Shown piece by piece: positions 14,042 through 27,201 of a DNA stretch of 64,000 nucleotides. Position numbers and translations under genes: made by a program. Source of the stretch: Catajapyx aquilonaris (lineage: Eukaryota); NCBI GenBank assembly GCA_000934665.2, contig JYFJ02000902.1, positions 1 through 64,000 on the forward strand. The letters run 5' to 3'. The notes under the pieces are model-generated. The model was not told the DNA's origin, did not search any database, and was given only the letters and a program-made list of their open reading frames with translations. The first letter of the stretch is position 1, and the number at the start of each line of letters is the position of its first letter.

Positions 14042-14946
14042 ATTATTATTATTTGACATGGATAATAATATTGCATGCATCACTTTTTATCCACATGTAT
14101 CTGTGTTTGGAGCAAAAGAAACAATCACAAAAATAATGTAGTGTTACACATTTCACTCACTGTGGATTGTCTGTTGCACCATGTTCTTGGCAAGATTAGA
14201 AGGATAATGGATACCCCGTGATAAGTCTCCTTGGGCTTTTTAGGGGATCATCTTTTAATAGACCCGACTGTAATCATTGCCTGCGCTGCGATGGATTATG
14301 ATTGCGGGAGGAAACGGGAGAACCCCGAGAAAAACCACGCGAACACGGAGAGAACCCATCGAAACTCTATCCACATAAGTATCCTCTGTCCGATCTGGGG
14401 ATCGAACTCCTGACCTTAGAGGTGGAAGGCTGCGGCGCTAACCACTCGGCCACCGTGCCGCCCTTATTAGAAGGATAATATGTATCATGCATGATTTGGT
14501 CGCATTACTCTTGTCAGTGACTGTGTGCACGACTCCATTTGCCCTATCTCCAAAACCAGTAAGGACCAAAGTCACTTGGAGGGCATGTGACAGCAACCGT
14601 ATGAGTGAAGGACATCGATCTCATCATTGGAAAGGGCTAATTATGCTGATTATTGTACAAGTCATACTAGACCCCATTCATTCCTCGAGAAAATAAATTG
14701 CTTCCGAAGTTTGACACAAAAAAAAAAAAAACTTATTTTTTCACCTTACAAGTCTGTTACAAGTACATTTCTGCGGGGCCTGGGAAAAATTGATGCCGCA
14801 ACATTATTTTATTTGTTACTTAGCATTACACTTTTAGTAACGAGCCTGAGGGGCCACACAAACCTGTAGACTGCACTGAAATTAATTACAAAAAAAATCT
14901 ACCAGATTTAAAAAAATATTTGACTCATTGACCTTTTCACCAATTG
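14042..14946 (-). repeat. Copy B of the inverted duplication, interrupted by a SINE
   Basis: Reverse complement of 5038-5660 except for the 14209-14465 insertion. Confidence 0.9.
14209..14465 (-). mobile_element. tRNA-derived SINE with V-domain-like core and 14-bp target-site duplication
   Basis: Minus strand has A box TGGCCGAGTGG, B-box-like GAGTTCGATCC and core gtggtttttctcggggttctcccgtttcctccc. TSD ATTAGAAGGATAAT at 14195-14208 and 14466-14479; the empty site is visible in copy A near 5500. Confidence 0.9.
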
Positions 14947-15218
14947 CTACACTTTGCTGTACATTTGAACGGTGTTATGTATTAATAAAATGTGACACTG
15001 TCTATTAAGAGTTTTAGACATCAGTCCAATATGGCATAAAAAAATTTCACTTCCATTAATGTGAAATCGGCTTGAAAATCCCTTCATCCAAAAATGCACA
15101 GGAAATTTCACATGCTTCAAGCCATGATAACAATTATTTTAAAATTCAGTGCTAATTTTGAAGCTAATTTCAATTGCAGTCTGTGGCGCCCCTCAGGTTC
15201 ATTACTAAAATTGACGTA

Positions 15219-15474
15219 GGGCGACATAGTGGCCGAGTGGTTAGCGCCGCAGCCTTCCACCTCTAAGGTCCCGAGTTCGATCCCCGGGTCGGACGGAGGA
15301 TACTTATGTGGATAGTTTCGATGGGTTCTCTCCGTGTGCGCGTGGGTTCTCTCCGGGTTCTCCCGTTTCCTCCCACAATCAAAATCCATCACATTACAGG
15401 CAAATAATTAAAGTCGGTTATTCAAAAGATGATCCCCTAAGAGGCCCATCACGGGGTATCCATTATTACTACTT
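15219..15474 (+). mobile_element. Second copy of the same tRNA-derived SINE
   Basis: gggcgacatagtggccgagtggttagcg...gagttcgatccc...gtgggttctctccgggttctcccgtttcctcccaca, short (tta/cta) tail; flanking repeat aaattgacgt at 15208-15217 and 15475-15484. Confidence 0.9.
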
Positions 15475-16683
15475 AAATTGACGTCCTGCTACGCAGCGAC
15501 GAAATGCAGCGGGGCAATTTTTACGTGTCTCTACCACCAAAATTTACTATCAAAGTCATTAACCATCTAATTAACTTCAACTTCGGTGTTCTAGGCTCAA
15601 TTGTTCCAATTCATAATTACCCAATCCAAAGTACAAATAATCTCGACAGATTTTAATTCCCATTTTGCTCCATTTTCCAGGGGGGTGTGAACAAAGCATT
15701 TCATGGTTGTGCAAGCCTAACACTTGCAAAATATTCCAACACTCGAAACAAGATTCGCAGCCAATCAAGCACACAATTAGAGATATTTTCTGTAAAACTT
15801 CGAAATAATTTTTTTAAACGAAGAGTAGGCGTAAGGGTTGAGGGATCACTAAGAACGTCGGTGGTTCTGTTCCATCGAAGCTTTTATTGGCCCTAGGTTG
15901 TAGTCACAAAGTTATATACAGCTTCTTGTATGATTTTTGAAACTGTTGGGGGGAGCTGCTTTCTCCTTTGTTTTCGCTGCTGCTTACAAAATAAACAACG
16001 GGACTCGTAATAAAAAGATTGGGGGGGGTGGTGGTGGTGGTGGATATGAAAAAACCACAATGCCAAAAAAAGTCAAGCATCTCTCTTCAACCCAGTAAAA
16101 AAAAACAATCAAAATGACAACCAACTCAATAAAAAATTGTAAACGGGCTACGCTTATCTAGGTGACTTGGTCACTTGCTTACCGTCACCTACGTCTAAAC
16201 TCTACACATCAAAAGCCCAAATTAACAATTAAATAAATCAAAAAAAAAATAACAGTTGGAAACACAATGGTCCATATGAAGCGGCTTTCACATCAAAAAA
16301 CATTGGTCGCCACACCTTATTTTTCTTCATGGTTACTTTTTTTTTTTTTTTAAGGTTAAGAGGAAGTAAGAAAGGAGGCAAGAGAGTAAGTCGATTGTTG
16401 TGGATTGCAGCCAGCCACCTTTCCTGCGTATCTCCTTCCGGTGGCACCGCAAGTGGCGGGAGGCCAGACTGCCAGGGGGCCGGGACACTTTCTGGAAGAG
16501 GAGGGGAGGCGGCGGTTGGGACGTGGGATGGGGGACGGGAGAGGAGGACGAAGGGTGGTGGTCCAGCTGTTGTTGTTGGCTTCTATTGTTGTAGTGGTTA
16601 CATGGTTGGCGGCTAGGAGGAGAATGATGTTTGGCAGCAGCGCACACCGACAGCAGCTGCAGCGGGCCGCTAGATACACCTAG

Positions 16684-18360
<1,677 letters not shown>

Positions 18361-18885
18361 TCAGGTGAAACTTGCGCTTCTGCAGTTAAAGTCGGTGACG
18401 CAGCTGACAAATCAGCCAAAACCTACTGGAAGAGCGAAAAAGTTGTAGCCTCAAGTTCCGCTTAGTTGCACCAGGGTTGTGCAACCACCCCCACCAGGCC
18501 GGCAGTGGGTGGCACGAGTGGGGGAATCCGACTCCCCCCCTCTTGATTACTCACCCACCCTGCAATGCCGGCATGGCAGGATCCCCCCCCCTTTTTACAT
18601 TCCCCAAAATGGCGGATCCACGGAATGTACCCAAGCCCACACCCGGTTCGGTTACAAGCGAGCCGCCGCCACGTGGTGCAATCCGCGCCCACCAACCCAC
18701 CCCCGGGGCCGCCCACGGGCCGATCCTGCCCCCGGGTTCAAACCCACCTCTAACCCCCCCATGTACTATTCCCAGAATCAAGACCCCCTGCTTCATAGGG
18801 TGGGGCCGGCCCGTGGTTCTGCCCCGGGGCCGGTCGCACCCGGATGCGGCAAAGACACGTAAGCAGCACACACGTCATCACTCAC

Positions 18886-19000
18886 CAGAGACCAAGAGGG
18901 AAGTGAAGCGTCAGCCGCTCTAATTACACCCGCTACCGGGCAGGTGGCGCGCATGTCGCATAATCTCCCCAGGCCTCTTGTTACGAGCCTCCTGATTGGC
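18886..19000 (-). promoter_or_regulatory. Candidate proximal non-coding first exon and promoter of EF1A
   Basis: Minus strand cttcacttccctcttggtctctg followed by donor GTGAGT (18885-18880); CCAAT box (gccaatcag) at ~18992-19000; acceptor ttccag at 18426. Confidence 0.55.
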
Positions 19001-20680
19001 TCTCCCTCCACCCCACTCCCCCTCCCCTCCTGTTCCCGAATATTCGATAAGGTCAGGGTATGGCCAAAATTGAAGAGGGAGGAGACACTGGGGGCATCCA
19101 TTTTGTAGACAAAACTCTTGGATGCGATTATTTTTATGCGAATCGAGGCAATTTGGCACAACATGGAGTGCCACATGACTGGGATTGCACCACGACTCAC
19201 TCGTGTACGCATGCAATTGTGCACGAAAATGTACATAACCACCATAGTTTGCGATTAACGGTGCAATGTACTTGCTTAATTGCAATTGAAATGCACTGGG
19301 GCCTCAATTACATGGCGGTGTACGTATGATTAGAATAAACCAGTACAACTGACCACAAATTGTTTCCATTTGATGGGGATACAATGTAAGTAGGTACTGA
19401 GTATTGGCCATTCAAACATGTTATTGCTCAACAAGACGATTTTGCATTGAAACAAAACACAAATGTCTCCATGTTTTTGAGCGATATAGTACAAGTCTTT
19501 TACAGACATCAGTTTATTACTCTGGTTCCCTAAACAGCCAAGTTTTCCTACAATAATTTGCTGGACATAGCTGGGCAGCTCAACATGGCCCAGTTGGACT
19601 ACTCTTGACAGGTGCCATTACTGCACAAGTGACAAACTTTAATGGCTGCATATGGCAGGGACTAGGTATTGGTGCAAATGGCACAATGTACTGGATGAGC
19701 CAACAATGAATCAAGCAAGTTCAATGATTCATCATGTTGAACCAAGACAGGCCAATCATCCTGCCATATGAACAAATGCATCATTACGGCCAGAGTGCAT
19801 TTGGGTCTCTACAGTGATAAAAGCAGCTGTAGCTTGCAGGCCAACAGCTTTGCACCATATGTTCATTTGGGACAAGCAAACAACTGCCAAAAACCATGGC
19901 AGTTACAACGACATGTCAATCAAGTTTGACAAAAGCACATATTGCCATTAAGGTGACGCTTGCACGTTCAAGAATGACCAACAAGCGTTGCAATAATCGA
20001 ACACAAAGTGCTGCAATAAGATTATTCCGCCCAGACAAGGCTGCACATAGGCTACTTTCCCCGCCATTTAAAATTTAAAAAGCATTTGTAACGCCTGTAC
20101 TGCCTATCACGCCCAACCTGAACAGCGCGGCATGCACAAGTCCCAAATCATGACGGATTGCATCATTTAAAAGGAATCACCGCAATTATGACAACCCCGA
20201 AGTACCTCCTCGTAACTACCTGGCATGAAAAATATTTTAAAAATTTAATTCGTACCAAGTGCAGCATGTACCCAATTAAAGAGAAAGGACCAAGGGAGAG
20301 TCTGGTCCACAAAAAAAATTGGGGTGTGGGGAGGGGGGGGGGGGGNCCCCTCCCCACCCTCCCACCACCCCCTCCCCCCTTCCAAAATGAACAGGTGGGC
20401 CCAGGGGCGGACACTAGGGAGCACATTTTGACCCCTCCTAATCCCTGCGGACGCCCGGATCACGGAATGGAACGCGGGGAGAAGGGGCCTGGCCGTGCGG
20501 TGTGGGGCGGACCGGCCGGTTTCGCTCACTGGGAGGAATGCAGGGTGGGCACCGCGGTGGTTGGATACCGGCTGGATCGGCGCTTAGGGCGGGACGTGGC
20601 CCAGGGGCGGATGGCCTCGAGGCGGCCCCGGTGTGCATGGATAAGGGGAAGGAGACGAAGGGAAGAGTCGCACCACTCAC

Positions 20681-20710
20681 CTCGCCGGCGGAACGGAGAA
20701 AGAGAGCAAC
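20681..20710 (-). promoter_or_regulatory. Distal TCT/5'TOP-type first exon of EF1A
   Basis: Minus strand CTCTCTTTCTCCGTTCCGCCGGCGAG followed by donor GTGAGT (from 20680), in GC-rich DNA ~520 bp from the divergent mRpS14 ATG. Confidence 0.7.
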
Positions 20711-21225
20711 GCCTAGGATTGACGCCAGGTGGCTCTGATGACGGTGGAGGTGGAAGGCGGGGGGGGGGAGGCAGGAAGTGGAAAATCACTCAGCGGTTTA
20801 TTGCAGGGTCTGCGATTCACAAGTAGCAATGATCGACAACAGCCTCACACGGGAGGTTCTGCATCGTACGATGTTTCGCGATTAAGTGACTATCTGGTGA
20901 AGAAACGGGACCGTAACCATATCCGGCAAAATGAAGTACATGGCACTGCCAAAGCCCATGTTGAAAATGTAGCCACGGCTACTTCCAATAACAGTGGCAT
21001 TAATCGCAGCGTTTCCACTCAGCTAATAGCTACCCGGTGCTGCCATAAACAGTGATCTTAATGACCAAAATTGCTTGTTAAAATTAACGCGCAATTTATT
21101 AAAGATAATTATGCAATCTAGGGGATAAACTAATTAGTAGTTAGCAGAATTACGGGTTGGGCTGGTGTGCGAGGCTAGAACGTGACGTCACCAACATGTC
21201 CGCGCCCTGAATTAAACAAAAAAAG

Positions 21226-22260
21226 ATGGCGTCGATTTTGAGGAATTTGAAGGTTTGTTTCTGTTTTCTTCCGGTTTTTTGGTTTAATTTTGGTTTAACA
21301 TCGCACGTACTTGGAAGCTGATTGCATTTTCTGACATGACAGCTCGTTAAGGGCCGTCCTGTGTGTCTTGTACGAACGAAATTGAACGTAAAATCGCAGC
21401 CTTCAGAACCTTATGTTGTCAGGCATGGTGTACTACACTATTTATATATTTACTAGCAGGTTACCCGGCGTTGCCCGGGTATGTTATGGTGGTAGGCCTA
21501 CAATGTAATGAGGGCATTACCATGGAAATCTATGAATATTGTTAAATAGGTAATTGGCAATTGGTTAATTGGGAATATGCGTGTTATGGGTGTTAGGTTC
21601 ATTTTCGGAAGCTGAAACATGCGGCATTAAATTCCTTGAAAAATGTAACCCCCCGATATGCTAATTTAAGGCGGTGTAGGGGCCTTCCCCCGGATTTCTA
21701 TAAGGGACAAACATCCAAACTGACAAACTTCCTTATTTATAGAGATAGATATACCACCTGCCTAGTTTTAAGCCAGGTCTTGTTGAGATGCTGCTTTACA
21801 CTCATATCAGACGTCATATAGTAAAGTGTAAATGGTGACACCGTACCGTAATGTACTCAGGGCTTTTATTATGCCTTAATTATTGTTTTTATTGTTACAG
21901 CCCTGCTTCTTCCTCCGCCCGGCCTTGCCCAACATGGCACCGCCTGTACGCCAGAAGTGGGCAGACTGGCGCATGATCAAGGACGTGAAGCGCAGGCGAT
22001 GCGTGAAGCAGTACTACTTCGAGCGTGTGTGCCTGAACGCCGTGCGCCGCAACGACATCCTTCCCCCGCAGCTGCAGGAGGTGGCCACCGTGGACATCAA
22101 CGCCCAGCCCAGGGACGCCAGGGTGCTTCACCTGACCAAGCGGTGCGCCATGACCTCCAGAGGAAGGGGCTGCGTCATCGACTTCAGGCTGAGCCGCATC
22201 GTCTGGCGGCATCTGGCCGACTACAACAAGCTGGCAGGGGTGCAGAGGGCCATGTGGTAG
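21226..22260 (+). CDS. MRPS14: Mitochondrial ribosomal protein S14 (128 aa, 2 exons)
   Basis: Exon 1 21226-21252 (MASILRNLK), exon 2 21901-22260. Motifs DWRMIKDVKRR, RCAMTSRGRG and SRIVWRHLADYNKLAGVQRAMW are typical of animal mRpS14. Confidence 0.95.
21452..21752 (+). mobile_element. Short non-autonomous Helitron/Helentron-like (Lep1/HINE-type) insertion in the mRpS14 intron
   Basis: Begins actagcaggttacccggcgttgcccggg (terminal hairpin) and ends acaaacttccttatttatagagatagat, resembling remembered termini of such elements. Confidence 0.5.
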
Positions 22261-22522
22261 TGCGGAAAGAGTCACGTACGCTGTAAACAGCATAATTCTG
22301 TAATTAATGACATGCAATAAACGCATTGACAGCATTGCCAATTAATGTGATCATTTCACCATGACCGTACTGGATAACAACAAAATAATTACTCCTATTG
22401 TACATTAAAATTAAAATTATTCAAATGAGCCTGCAGCTATAGCTGTTAACCGCTACTCGACTAGCTAACAAGTGAGTGCTTGTTATAACCGCTGTGCGGC
22501 TATCGACCCGTCGAAATCAAAG

Positions 22523-24568
22523 ATGGCGCCGCGCAGAAAGTCGAAAATGGAACACTTGTCGTCTTCGTCGTCGTCTTCGTCTTCTTGTTCCCCCTCCGAG
22601 TCCACCGCGATGATATGTCTGGACGACAGGTTCGGCTCGTTCGAAGAGTTCCGTCGCCGCCTGGAGTCGTACCAGCAGACCAGGTTCGTCCAGTTCTGGC
22701 TGCGAGACTCGCGGACGATCAAGTCTGCTGAGAGGCGCTCCAGGAGGAAGACGGCCTCCGTGCAGCCGGCCCTGGTCTACTACGAGCTGAAGTACTGCTG
22801 CATACACGGAGGACAGGAGCTCAGGAAGAGGGGGAAGGGAATCAGGAAGTCGTCGTGAGTACCACCGCACGATACGCTCCGAACAACAATGGTTGAAATG
22901 TTCCCTTTTCTGCGGCTCTTTAGAACGTTCAAGCAGGGATGCGGTGCGTTCATATCTCTTCGGGCCTCGCTGGATGGAAGGCACCTGGTGGTTCGGGCCA
23001 TGAGCGAGTCGCACAACCACGAGGTCTCGCCGGAGCAGTTCCGGTCGCTTCCCCAGCAGCGTAGGTTGCCGGAGGAGTACAAGGAGAAGGCCAAGCACTT
23101 GATGGGAACCCAGCTGACCAACAAGCAGGTGCAGCAGATTATGCAGAAGGAGCTGGGGAAAGTAGTGCTTGTGAAGGACCTGCACAATGCCAGGATGGCG
23201 CTCAACCAGCGCTCGAAGAAGAACATCAATGCGGTCGCCATTGCGCTCCGGAAGCGATACGATGCAACCGTGCACTTGTTGCATGATGGTGGCCAGTACA
23301 GGTGGGTTGTTCGGTTGTTGAGCTTTACCATTGTCACCACCTAATTCTCTGATTTCAGGTGCACGTACTTCCAGGACCAGAGAATGCGGAGACATTTCGA
23401 CGCATTTCCAGAGCTAGTTCGCATTGAGTGTGTGCTGAAGAGAGAAAGTTTGCAATGCATTTTGTGCATGGTCGAAGATGGATCAGGTCGGACCGAGCCA
23501 GTTGCAATTGCAATAATGCACTTTGATAACGCAATTGATTCCATCGACTGGTTTTTGAAGGAGTTTAAGTCGCTGAATGGGTCTGCGGCAAAGACAACGG
23601 CAGTGGCTTTCAGTCCTTACCTGGTCGCCCACAAAATTGTGCACAATCATTTTCCAAACGCTCAGCTCGTGTTCAATGAGACATACATTCAGGATGCTCT
23701 TGGTGCGTCTGGTGTGTGCCCTGACCTGATTAGGGACATATGCCATGCCAATTCTGAAACCGCTTATCTGGCAGCGTGGAATGCATTTCAGCTCAGAGGA
23801 TCGTCTGAAACTTTGCGGAAATGCGAGGAGTGGCGGAAAATCAACAACCAATGGAGATGCGGCGTGGTTTTTCGGGCAAGTTCGGAAACATGGTCCACCC
23901 TGGAAGAACTTCAAAAGCGCTTAGATTCCATTCCATCGCACAGCACTGCAGAGGACGTCAGTGAGCAAGTTGTTCATATTCTAGCAAAGTACAGAGCGGA
24001 ACGTGATAGTGAAGAGTTACCAGTTGCGAATGACGACCAGTATGCTGATGCACTAACACCATTTGCATACCGATTGGTTCGAGAGGAAATAGACGCTTCT
24101 GAGATGCCAATGGCAGGCAACACAACGCAATGTGAGTGTGAATTCCACAAGAACCTGCGACTCCCATGTCGCCACATGTTCGCTGCCCGATACCTTCATG
24201 GACTCAACCCGTACTCTGAGGACACATACGACGTGCGATGGACCCGTTCTTATTACATAGCAGCACGAGACGGCACCTTACCCGTTACCCCATCACAAAC
24301 GCTACAAATGGAGCTCCAAGTGACTTCAAAGGTGGCATTAACTGGAGACGATGCGAACACCGAGCAACTTCTGGGCTCCATTCGTCAAGTGTGGCAAGAA
24401 GATCTGGAGGTCATCGTTCAGGTCAACAGTGACGTGAATCATCCTGGCCCTTCCAGAGTGACAGCTGATGTTGTAGCTGACGATGACAATGTGGACATGT
24501 CGGAGTGCATTTTGGGGGCTGTTGGGGAGCCTGTCATTGTTGTTGCCAATAACACAGAAGTCGGCTGA
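22523..24568 (+). CDS. ZSWIM1/3-like protein derived from a MULE transposase (FAR1-type Zn finger, degenerate MULE domain, SWIM finger)
   Basis: Exons 22523-22854, 22924-23301, 23359-24568. N-terminal YCCIHGG...GCGAFI...HNH finger; MULE-like YFQDQRMRRHFDAFPELV; SWIM CECEFHKNLRLPCRH. Confidence 0.8.
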
Positions 24569-25277
24569 GGGTGTCCATGCTCTGATTTTCTCGCAAGTGT
24601 TAAGATACTCGTATCCCATACGCACCAATGCAAAATAATACCTGAGTTGTCATACAACAACAACAACAACATCACGACATTTCCCTATGAGGGGTAGTCA
24701 GCGATGAAGGGAGACGCAAGCTAACCCAACATATGAACTAATAAAACTCATAAGCTCATAACTGAGTTGTCATAATTCTGGGAAATTCCTTTAAGGAGGT
24801 ACAGACTTGCACCATTGTTGTGCTTTCATTATTGTTAACGTGACTCATGGTGAAACCCGCCATTAGCAATTATTCGATCATGTATGACACCAATGTTGCA
24901 TAAAGATGACATTATTCCAACAAAGGTTATTGGTCACTCGGCTCCTTCTCCCTCTTTAGGATTCTTCACAAAAAGCAGATATAATTAGTGCGATCATAAT
25001 TTAAGGAAAATTCATTTCTTTATGGCAAGGAGAAAACAAAAGTATGGATAGCAAATCTTGTGCATTTGGGATTTCATGATCTCTTTTGAGTCATGCCATA
25101 ACCACAATAATAATGCATGAGTTACCTAGGCTTCGACCCAAAATTAATAACAATGCTTTTGACACTAGCACTTGATACCTGATGAAATAGCGTAAGTATT
25201 GTCCTTTTTTTTTCCTCTGTAGTTCATTAGCAGTGCTGAATACTTGCTAACGACATAATTACTTCTGATTTACGCAG

Positions 25278-26827
25278 ATGTCTCCTCGAGTACCGCCACG
25301 CCCTCTACAAGAGCAGGCTTTGTCTGTAATAGCAACAGAAATTACGTGCATGATCACAGTACATGGCAAATACTGTTCAGACCAGGACGATCTGTCCGAG
25401 ATATCCTCTTGCGCAATCTGCAGGCACTTTCGGGACTACTGGAGGGTCCACTTGGCGGCAACGCTGAGGACCAAGTTGCTCGTACTGGTTGACAGGATCC
25501 TGCATGCCAATGGGCGCAAGACATGCATGCTCTTCAGGCTCCTGCTTGCGGACGACATCACCGACTTGGTCCTTGGTGTCAGCTCGGACACATGCTTCAT
25601 GTACGAGCAGTGCAAGCTTGGGCTGATACAAACCTACGGCACCGGGCTGGTGTCCGTAGATATCATCGCAGTCAACCCTGAGTTGATGACGGAGTTGCAC
25701 TTGGCCCTGGCCAGCCTGAAGCGTGTTCAGACCTTGTACCTTCCGGAGGAGGCCACTGACAACACGATGGCTGTCATCGGACAGCACTGCCACCAGCTGC
25801 GTGTCCTCAAGCTTGGTTTCATGCACAAGATTACAGATGCTGGTGTCATCAACTTGTGCGTGCACAAGGAAGCATCCAATCCGTGTTGCGAGACTCTACA
25901 AGTCGTTGAGAACCTGGGAAACAGCATGCCCGTGTTTGGAGCAGACATGAACTCGCCCATCACATCAAAAGGTATCGCATTCCTGCTGACACATGCGAAG
26001 AACCTGGTGGCAATGCCATCGTGCATCATGCCCATTGGAAGAGTCCTAAGTCAGACGTGTGGGATAACAAAGTTGCATGCGCTGGAGGATCACATGACCG
26101 ACCTGGAAACATTACATGCCATCGCCAAGGTGAAGTATGCGTTAACTTGACTGCCCTTCAATATTTAACATTTCTTATGATCCGACAGGTATGTCCGAGG
26201 CTACGTGCATTCGTCACTGATTCTCCAGAGGACCACGTGCTTCAAGAGATGCATTGCCTTGCAAATGTGACTCAAGTGACCATAGCTTATGCCGAAACTG
26301 GCGACATACACGAATACCTCAAGAGGCACGGGAGGTTTCTCCAGCAGCTGGAAATCAATGAAGCCTTAGGAGTGATTGAGTTTGAGCAGTTATCAAGATG
26401 TTGTCCAAATCTGGATAGTTTGAGGTGCTTTGCGACAGATTTGTCGTGCTGCACGGGAGTGGTGATGCACAAGTTGACGAGCCTCTTTTTGGATGCCAAC
26501 CACTTGGAATACGACATGGTCTTGGCCATCCTGAAACTGGTGCCGAACTTGGAGGAACTACTGTTTTTCAATATATTCTCGTGGTCCGAGGCACAGCAGA
26601 CCAAATGTGTCGCCAAGCTTCCAAAAAGCAGGCTTCGAAAACTGCAGCTGTCGACAATGCCAAAACTGAGCATCGATTGCCTTACGCATCTGGTGGAAAA
26701 TGCACCCAACCTTACTCACATCAGGTTTTACATGCCCGGAGTTTCATCAGAAGAATGCAGACAACTGCGGAAGTTCAAGGAAGAGCTCAGGAAGCGGAAC
26801 TGCCAGATTCAAATCAACAACGGCTGA
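25278..26827 (+). CDS. Leucine-rich-repeat protein (RNI-like/F-box-LRR type) with N-terminal BC-box-like motif, ~496 aa
   Basis: Exons 25278-26129 and 26189-26827 join in phase 0. PRPLQEQALSVI at the N-terminus; LRR motifs CHQLRVLKL, ITDAGV, CPRLRAF, CPNLDSL, VPNLEEL, APNLTHI. The ATG directly follows an acceptor (tacgcag). Confidence 0.8.
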
Positions 26828-27201
26828 GATCCGATCCTACGTAGTGTGCCTTCTGTCAATGATTCAAGTTATTAAATTTTCATAGAATCAGTGCATTTGC
26901 CAAGTTTCTCGTGACGATTGTTCATGCAACAATACTGACCCAACTGCATTGAATTTTTAAAGCTTTCAGGATGCATCTGGCGTCGAAAGGTTAACTCGCG
27001 TGAACATCGGGCATCACAATTCTAAATTTTGTTTTCCATCCATAAATTAAATAAAATACATAGCACTTGCAAAATGGGTGTATGTCAGTCATGGTTTATT
27101 GCTACCGGTACAAAGTGAGAAGACAAATTTTCTATTTCAAATGGCACGGTAGATGATAATGGACGAATGGTTCCGGATATACTTTACGACTCCACTTGGC
27201 C

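Noticed and set aside
19330..20050. Intronic snoRNAs in the EF1A leader intron (ATGATGA on the minus strand at ~19729-19735, small hairpins)
   Set aside because: No D box at a suitable distance and no convincing H/ACA layout by eye; needs snoscan/snoReport.
20330..20382. Poly-G/poly-C block containing an N as a structural element
   Set aside because: The ambiguous base between homopolymers indicates an uncertain assembly join.
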